A stretch of DNA of 64,000 nucleotides from an uncultured Candidatus Saccharibacteria bacterium (GTDB lineage: Bacteria; Patescibacteriota; Minisyncoccia; Phycocordibacterales; UBA12088): assembly GCA_964635195.1 (NCBI GenBank), contig CAZWNC010000001.1, positions 1,312 through 65,311 of the forward strand, read 5' to 3'. Numbering within the stretch: position 1 is the first letter of the stretch; every line of letters starts with the position of its first letter. Made by a program: the position numbers and the translations under genes. Shown here one piece after another: positions 58,056-64,000 of the stretch. The notes under the pieces were generated by a model that did not search any database, was not told where the DNA came from, and saw only the letters and a list, made by a program, of their open reading frames with translations.

Positions 58056-58183
58056 TGGTGTGTGGAACGTTACGGACAGGGCGCTTTTTCTCGCCAGCCA
58101 TCCCGTGGTATACTTTTGAGTGACGCGGTTTGTTTCGGTCGGCATCCCACGGTTTGTTTGCCGGTCACAAGAACCACCTCGAT

Positions 58184-58864
58184 ATGATTTATTTCGACAA
58201 TGTTTCAAAGGAGTATGCTGATCGTTCTCGCGCACTTCATGAAGTGACGCTTTCCATAAATCCCGGAGAGTTTGTTTCGATAGTGGGGCATTCGGGAGCC
58301 GGCAAGACGACGCTTCTCAAGCTCTTGCTGGTAGAGGACAACCCAACAGAGGGTGCAGTGTACTACCACTCGACCGACATCCACAACTTGCGACGTAGTC
58401 ATTTGACACAGTACCGTCAAAAAATCGGCACTGTTTTTCAAGATTTTCGTTTACTCCCCAACCGTACCGCGTATGAGAATATTGCATTCGCTATGGAGGC
58501 TGCGGGGCGTGATGACGAAGAGATTGAGACCGACGTGCCGTATGTGCTCGAGCTTGTTGGTTTGCGAGAAAAAATGTGGAGCTTTCCACGTGAGCTTTCC
58601 GGTGGTGAGCGGCAACGGGTTGCTATTGCACGCGCAATTGTCAATCAGCCCGACGTCATTATTGCTGATGAGCCGACCGGTAATCTCGATCCCATCAACA
58701 CCTACGAAATAGTGCAAATACTCAAAAAGATCAACGATCTTGGTACGACGGTCTTACTTACGACGCACAACAAGGGAGTCATCGACAATCTCGGACGGCG
58801 TGTTATCACCATGGATTCCGGTAAAGTAGTGCGCGATGATGCGAGCGGACGATATGTATTGTAG
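58184..58864 (+). CDS. ftsE: Cell division ABC ATPase FtsE
   Basis: MIYFDNVSKEY..., [23 protein letters not shown]. Upstream of ftsX. Confidence 0.85.
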   Translation: MIYFDNVSKEYADRSRALHEVTLSINPGEFVSIVGHSGAGKTTLLKLLLVEDNPTEGAVYYHSTDIHNLRRSHLTQYRQKIGTVFQDFRLLPNRTAYENIAFAMEAAGRDDEEIETDVPYVLELVGLREKMWSFPRELSGGERQRVAIARAIVNQPDVIIADEPTGNLDPINTYEIVQILKKINDLGTTVLLTTHNKGVIDNLGRRVITMDSGKVVRDDASGRYVL

Positions 58865-58923
58865 TGCGACACATTGCATGCAGTCATTTCGATAATCAAC
58901 GATTACAAGGATAGCAACTCACC

Positions 58924-59850
58924 ATGTTCTTATCATTTCGACGCATCGTCAAGACAGGTTTCGTAAATTTCTGGCGCAATGGTTTTGTCTCCACCTCCTC
59001 TATTGTGGTCATGACGATTACCCTTTTTGTACTCGGTTCATTGTTCTTTTTAAATGCTCTCTTGGATACGTCGCTCGGTTCGCTTAAAGAAAAAGTGGAC
59101 ATAAATGTCTACTTTGCGCTCGATGCATCGGACGAAGAAGTTGCTAAAGTCCGCGACAGTGTTGCCGCTCTTCCCGAAGTGCGTGAGGTGGAACTTACCA
59201 CACGTGAGCAAGCCCGCGATCGCTTCAAAGAACGACATGCAAATGACGAGCTCGAACTTCAGGCACTCGAGGAGCTTCCGGATAACCCGTTTCCGGCATC
59301 ACTTGCGATACGTGCCGTCGATCCTTCGCAGTACACAAGCATCAGCACCTTCCTTACTGAAGATACTGCGACACTTTCATCTGATGGTTCGCGTATTGTT
59401 TCAAAGGTGAACTATAAAGACAACAAAGCGGCCATTGAGCGCTTGCGCGATATCATTCGCGGAGTGGAACTTTTTGGGCTCGCACTTTCGACGGTACTCA
59501 TCACGTCCTCGATCATCATCGTATTTAATACCATTCGCATGGCGATTTACATTTCCCGTGAGGAAATAGCAGTCATGCGTTTAGTGGGGGCGAGTGACAT
59601 GTACATTCGCGGTCCGTTCGTGATCGAGGGTATGATGTATGGGGTGATAGCGGCCATCATTGCACTCGTGTCGTTCTACCCGCTCGTGCTATGGCTCGGT
59701 CCGTCGACACAGCAATTTTTCGGTACCATCAACTTGTTTAGCTACTACACCGGCAATTTTGGCCAGATATTCCTTACCATCATGGGTACCGGGATGTTTC
59801 TGGGGGCACTCTCAAGTTTCCTTGCGGTAAAAAAGTACTTGCGGGTGTAA
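58924..59850 (+). CDS. ftsX: Cell division permease-like protein FtsX
   Basis: TM1, periplasmic domain, C-terminal 3-TM FtsX domain. Pairs with ftsE. Confidence 0.8.
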   Translation: MFLSFRRIVKTGFVNFWRNGFVSTSSIVVMTITLFVLGSLFFLNALLDTSLGSLKEKVDINVYFALDASDEEVAKVRDSVAALPEVREVELTTREQARDRFKERHANDELELQALEELPDNPFPASLAIRAVDPSQYTSISTFLTEDTATLSSDGSRIVSKVNYKDNKAAIERLRDIIRGVELFGLALSTVLITSSIIIVFNTIRMAIYISREEIAVMRLVGASDMYIRGPFVIEGMMYGVIAAIIALVSFYPLVLWLGPSTQQFFGTINLFSYYTGNFGQIFLTIMGTGMFLGALSSFLAVKKYLRV

Positions 59851-59854
59851 GGGA

Positions 59855-61609
59855 TTGGGCCACGACTCTGGACATATGAAACAGAAGATACACGAAGAGC
59901 GATACACAAAAGAAAGTGAAAGTACGGACTCAGTTTCACCTCGTAATGCTCGGACAGGCAGTAAAAAGGGTTCGACGAAGTATATTTTTGTCGTTGGAGG
60001 CGTCATGTCCGGCGTCGGTAAGGGAGTGGCGACGAGCTCCATCGGCACTATTCTCAAAGCGCGCGGACTCACGGTGACCGCCCTTAAGATCGACCCGTAC
60101 ATCAATGTAGATGCCGGCACCATGAACCCCACGGAGCATGGAGAAGTTGCAGTGCTTGTCGATGGTGATGAGTGTGACCAGGACATGTGCAACTACGAAC
60201 GTTTCCTCGATGTGTCACTCACGAGCGACAATTACATGACGACCGGCCGTGTATACCAAACGGTCATAGCCCGCGAACGCAACTTGGAATACAAAGGTAA
60301 ATGCGTCCAAGTTGTACCACATATCCCCGAAGAGGTCATTCGTCGTATTAAGCGCGCGGCTGAGAACACTAAGGCTGATGTGGCTGTCATTGAGATAGGG
60401 GGTACTGTAGGTGAGTATGAGAACATTCTTTTCATTGAAGCGGTACGTATGCTCAAGCTCAAACAACCCGACGACGTAGCGGTTGTGATGGTAAGTTATT
60501 TGCCGGTACCGAACAAGATCGGAGAAATGAAAACCAAGCCAACCCAACATGCAGTGCGCACCCTGAACAGTAACGGGGTGCATCCTGACTTCATCATTGC
60601 ACGCAGTGATTGCGCGCTTGATAAGAAACGGAAAGAGAAAATGGCACTTTTTTGCAACGTCGCAGAGGAACGCATCGTGAGTGCCCCTGATGTGGAGAGT
60701 ATCTATGACGTACCTATCAATTTTGAAAAAGACAACCTTTCTGATCGTTTGCTCGAACGCTTACACGTCACTCCTCGACAGCCTTCTGATTTGCGTGCGT
60801 GGAAAACGTTCGTGCGCAAATCAAAAGATTCAAAAGACTCGGTGACGATTGCGGTGGTGGGTAAGTATTTTGACACGGGTGATTTCGTGCTTTCTGATGC
60901 ATATTTATCCGTACTGGAGGCCATAAAGTTTTCCGCATACAAACTGGGTGCACGGCCGGACATTCGGTGGGTGAATGCAAAGGATTTCGAGGCGGGCGAA
61001 GACCCGAGTGTGCTTGCGTGGGCGGACGGAATACTGGTGCCCGGGGGCTTCGGTGGCTCAGGAGTAGAGGGTATGATTAAGGTCATTGAGTACGCGCGGA
61101 CACACGCAGTCCCTTATTTTGGTATCTGCTATGGTATGCAGCTTATGGTTATTGAGTATGCGCGACACGTGCTGATGCGCTCACGCGCGCATACTATCGA
61201 AATAAATCCTGACACTCCCGATCCTGTGATTGATATCATGCCGGAACAAAAAAAGATTCTCACACTTGGTAAGTATGGCGGTACTATGCGCCTCGGTGCG
61301 TACCCGGCGCATTTAAAACGGAGTACACTCGCTCGTGCACTGTATGGTGCGGATGTGGTCGAAGAGCGTCATCGTCACCGATATGAGGTGAATCCTGAAT
61401 ATGTCGCGGCTCTGGAAGCCGAAGGTCTCGTATTCTCAGGCACAAGTCCCGATGGTTCACTCATGGAGATAGCTGAGTTGCCTCGCAGTACGCACCCGTT
61501 CTTTTTGGGTACACAATTTCATCCGGAGTTTACGGCGCGTCCACTTCATCCGCAGCCACTCTTCACGGGCTTTGTGAAGGCCGCTCTCGCTCGAAGGTCG
61601 GAGAGGTAG
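59855..61609 (+). CDS. pyrG: CTP synthase (about 40-aa non-canonical N-terminal extension; true start uncertain)
   Basis: KYIFVVGGVMSGVGKG P-loop-like synthase domain, C-terminal GATase (GICYGMQ, HRHRYEVN). Confidence 0.9.
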   Translation: MGHDSGHMKQKIHEERYTKESESTDSVSPRNARTGSKKGSTKYIFVVGGVMSGVGKGVATSSIGTILKARGLTVTALKIDPYINVDAGTMNPTEHGEVAVLVDGDECDQDMCNYERFLDVSLTSDNYMTTGRVYQTVIARERNLEYKGKCVQVVPHIPEEVIRRIKRAAENTKADVAVIEIGGTVGEYENILFIEAVRMLKLKQPDDVAVVMVSYLPVPNKIGEMKTKPTQHAVRTLNSNGVHPDFIIARSDCALDKKRKEKMALFCNVAEERIVSAPDVESIYDVPINFEKDNLSDRLLERLHVTPRQPSDLRAWKTFVRKSKDSKDSVTIAVVGKYFDTGDFVLSDAYLSVLEAIKFSAYKLGARPDIRWVNAKDFEAGEDPSVLAWADGILVPGGFGGSGVEGMIKVIEYARTHAVPYFGICYGMQLMVIEYARHVLMRSRAHTIEINPDTPDPVIDIMPEQKKILTLGKYGGTMRLGAYPAHLKRSTLARALYGADVVEERHRHRYEVNPEYVAALEAEGLVFSGTSPDGSLMEIAELPRSTHPFFLGTQFHPEFTARPLHPQPLFTGFVKAALARRSER

Positions 61610-61695
61610 TTTGTAGGTTGTATGAGAATGCAACATCGCATCTTGTTGTGCGTAGTACTCCACGTATCGCTCCAAATGTAGTACGATAGGGTAGT

Positions 61696-62997
61696 ATGAA
61701 TGTTCGTGATGCGTCTTTAATATCTGATCTTGCGCCGCTTGCGGTACAAGACTATGAGTACCTTCGATACGGCAACGATCGTAGTATCAAGGATGCTTTT
61801 TTTGCGGGTGATGTGCTCGAGCCTTGGTTCTATTACCACGACATCGACGTTGAGCGTATCGATGAACAGCTTGGGGATGTGTCCGCTTTAACGGCAGTTG
61901 TTGAGCTTTTTGAGGATACGTTGGTGCGTGCACCGTATGTTGAGAAATTACGTAAAATACGAGAGAAGTTTGAACTCATCCGTGCCGCTCGTATGGGCGA
62001 TGATCCCGCAGTACTCGATGCATCACTTCGACTCTATGGTGATCCTCAAGAGGATATGTTTCAGTATGCACTCGACCATGTGCGGAGCTGTCTCTCCAGT
62101 GCTGTACAAGTGTACGGGGAGCACCCGCTTATTCGACCTCTCATCGAAGCACTCAAGCCTGTTGTCACCGGTGAAGGGGAGGGTGTGTACCCGTGGAGTG
62201 GTATAGAACTTCCCACTCCTCGCACGTACGCAACTGAGGAGTCGCTCACGTCACACGAGATACTTCGCCGAGTCTACGCCGCCTACGAGCAGTATGGCAT
62301 CACAGGATGGAGTGCGGTTGTTGATGCGCCCGGGGAGCGCATGACCTTCAACACAAACCACGAGCTTGCGACGATATTCATTCCCAGTGATGAAGATCTT
62401 TCTGTGCGTCGCTACGCGCTTTCGCACGAACGGGTCGAAGCGATTATTGCTCATGAGGTCGGTGTGCACGTGCGTCGCCGTGTCGAGGGAGAAAAGAGCC
62501 CATTACGCCTTCTTGGTTTTGGCCTTGCGGGGTACTTGCGGGCGGAAGAAGGTATCGCAACCTATGCGGAGCAAGTACGTGACGGCGCACGACATTTCGC
62601 GGGAATACTCGGGTATCTTTCTGTCGGGTGGGCACGGGGCATCGACGGTACGCCGCGTACCTTTCGAGGTCTTTTCGACATGGTCTATCCGTACCTGGTG
62701 CTTGCATCACTTGAACATGCGCTTGTGTATGATACAAAAGTGGTCGATGTGGCAAAGCTCTGTGAAAAAAACAGGAGGCGTGCGTGGGCACGCTGTGTAC
62801 GGACTTTTCGTGGCACAACCGGCGCGACTCCCGGGGCGTGCTTCACAAAAGACATTGTGTACCTTGAGGGCAATATCGCCATTTGGCAGCTCGTCCAAAA
62901 AGACCCAAAGCGAGTCGATACATTCCATCTGGGTAAGTACGATCCCGCAAACGAGGAACATGTGCGACTCTTGCGCGAGCTTGAGATGTTGAAGTGA
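61696..62997 (+). CDS. DUF1704/QEGLA-motif family putative zinc metallopeptidase
   Basis: HEVGVH zinc-binding HExxH followed by EEGIATYAEQ (QEGLA-like). 433 aa. Confidence 0.45.
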   Translation: MNVRDASLISDLAPLAVQDYEYLRYGNDRSIKDAFFAGDVLEPWFYYHDIDVERIDEQLGDVSALTAVVELFEDTLVRAPYVEKLRKIREKFELIRAARMGDDPAVLDASLRLYGDPQEDMFQYALDHVRSCLSSAVQVYGEHPLIRPLIEALKPVVTGEGEGVYPWSGIELPTPRTYATEESLTSHEILRRVYAAYEQYGITGWSAVVDAPGERMTFNTNHELATIFIPSDEDLSVRRYALSHERVEAIIAHEVGVHVRRRVEGEKSPLRLLGFGLAGYLRAEEGIATYAEQVRDGARHFAGILGYLSVGWARGIDGTPRTFRGLFDMVYPYLVLASLEHALVYDTKVVDVAKLCEKNRRRAWARCVRTFRGTTGATPGACFTKDIVYLEGNIAIWQLVQKDPKRVDTFHLGKYDPANEEHVRLLRELEMLK

Positions 62998-63128
62998 TGT
63001 CATGCACATATGCCTTCAGATAGATATCGTGCACTCCTTGCTACTTAAGGAGCAAGAGATCATGCAGCATTAATAAAGGTGCATATAGCTCCGCTATCTT
63101 TTTCCGCTCAGTATGGTATAATATCGAT

Positions 63129-64000
63129 ATGTATAAGTCATATACGTTCGGGCTGTTAGCCCTCTTTTTTGTATGTGATGGGGTATTTTCTCACGCTTCG
63201 TTTGCAGTCGCGCAGTCAACCTCCTTGGTGGCGAGTACAACCGCAACCACCTCCACTTCATCCGAGCAAAAGTACGCATCGACATCAGAATTGATGCAGG
63301 GTGGGAGTATCCTGGAGGTGCTTACGACTCCGCGTCAAGACCTCACGAAGCCCGAAGAGCAACCGGTCAAGGATGAAATACAGATCCTGCTCGAACGTCG
63401 CCCTGCGCCTGAACTTGGCCTGTTCAATATCATTGCCTACTGGGTACAGCGAGCGATAGAGCTTGGTATACCTGCGAACACCATCGTGCTCATCATGCTC
63501 ATTCCAGTCATCGCCACGCTCGTGACATTCGTGCGAGTGGTGGTGGGACTGCCCGCGCTTGAAATGCTCGTGCCTATCGTACTCGCCTTTGCGTTTGTTG
63601 CGGTCGGCATCACTGCGGGCCTGATTATTTTGGGTGCCGTGATACTCGCATCGTTTGTGTCACGCACGCTCTTGCGTAAGGTGCCTATTATGTTCTTTCC
63701 GAAACGCTCTATTTCGCATCTCCTCCTTGCGTTTTTCGTATTTGCCGCGTTGACACTTTCCATTACACTCGACATTGGTTCCATTCACGAACTGTCGATT
63801 TTTCCGATACTCATTCTTACCCTTCTTGGCGATTCGATCGTTTCGGTTCAGTTGCACAAGACGATTCGTGAGACCGCAATCATTACCCTTGTCACACTCG
63901 GTATCGCGTTAGCTGGTTACTTGCTTGCGACCAGCATTGCCGTGCGTGATATCATCATTCTTTGGCCGGAGCTCGTGCTACTTACCGTGCCGGTGAATTT
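63129..64000 (+). CDS. Polytopic membrane protein (partial, continues past window end)
   Basis: Open frame not in track because it has no in-window stop. Signal/TM at N-terminus then at least 6 hydrophobic helices. Confidence 0.5.
   Translation, partial: MYKSYTFGLLALFFVCDGVFSHASFAVAQSTSLVASTTATTSTSSEQKYASTSELMQGGSILEVLTTPRQDLTKPEEQPVKDEIQILLERRPAPELGLFNIIAYWVQRAIELGIPANTIVLIMLIPVIATLVTFVRVVVGLPALEMLVPIVLAFAFVAVGITAGLIILGAVILASFVSRTLLRKVPIMFFPKRSISHLLLAFFVFAALTLSITLDIGSIHELSIFPILILTLLGDSIVSVQLHKTIRETAIITLVTLGIALAGYLLATSIAVRDIIILWPELVLLTVPVN

Noticed and set aside
1-64000. CRISPR arrays, transposases, integrases, toxin-antitoxin pairs
   Set aside because: No regularly spaced direct repeats and no DDE/tyrosine-recombinase-like ORFs were seen by eye in any frame. 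The only repeat structures are the palindromic 10-mer and the tRNA 3' duplication.

Overview
The window is a 64-kb chromosomal segment at about 50% GC from a compact-genome bacterium. Gene content and compactness (many short housekeeping proteins, a lysine-rich histone-like protein, type IV pilus ATPase, short UvrC and RF2) fit a Patescibacteria/CPR-like or similar uncultivated lineage, but the sequence alone cannot prove this. Most of the window is housekeeping. It carries a SUF Fe-S cluster (sufB-sufS-sufU, then sufC after an AT-rich spacer), tuf-rpsJ, murB and secA. An alpha-glucan cluster follows (GT-B synthase-like, GH57, Lys-rich protein, GH15), then a U32 peptidase, trxB, ftsZ-ftsA, ybeY-rpsU, hisS, lepB, pth, a thioredoxin-like/VKOR pair and tgt. 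Further on are uvrB-uvrA-uvrC, ddl, a GH1 glycosidase, a PilB/GspE-type ATPase with two CheY-like receivers and a short histidine kinase, an HlyD/ABC (MacAB-like) exporter, two tRNA-Thr genes, prfB, ftsE-ftsX, pyrG, a DUF1704-like metallopeptidase and a partial membrane protein. The most unusual element is a tightly packed four-gene minus-strand operon at 19586-26167. It encodes an 811-aa protein with two ATP-grasp domains (C-terminal half Ddl-like), a PP-loop-like ATP-pyrophosphatase-like protein, a third ATP-grasp enzyme and a fold-III PLP decarboxylase. I could not assign it to a known pathway, and it is the best candidate for a novel amide-bond-forming (pseudopeptide or polyamine-conjugate) biosynthetic system. 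Other notable signals are a strongly over-represented palindromic 10-mer TCGACGTCGA, clustered upstream of the histone-like gene, and a 23-bp direct repeat of the tRNA-Thr 3' end 178 bp downstream of that tRNA. There is also a promoter-driven sRNA candidate between rpsJ and murB, a small Cys-rich peptide gene with a 16-bp perfect palindromic operator and its own terminator, and a cluster of small secreted Cys-containing proteins next to the GH1 and pilus genes. No CRISPR array or obvious transposase or integrase was seen.
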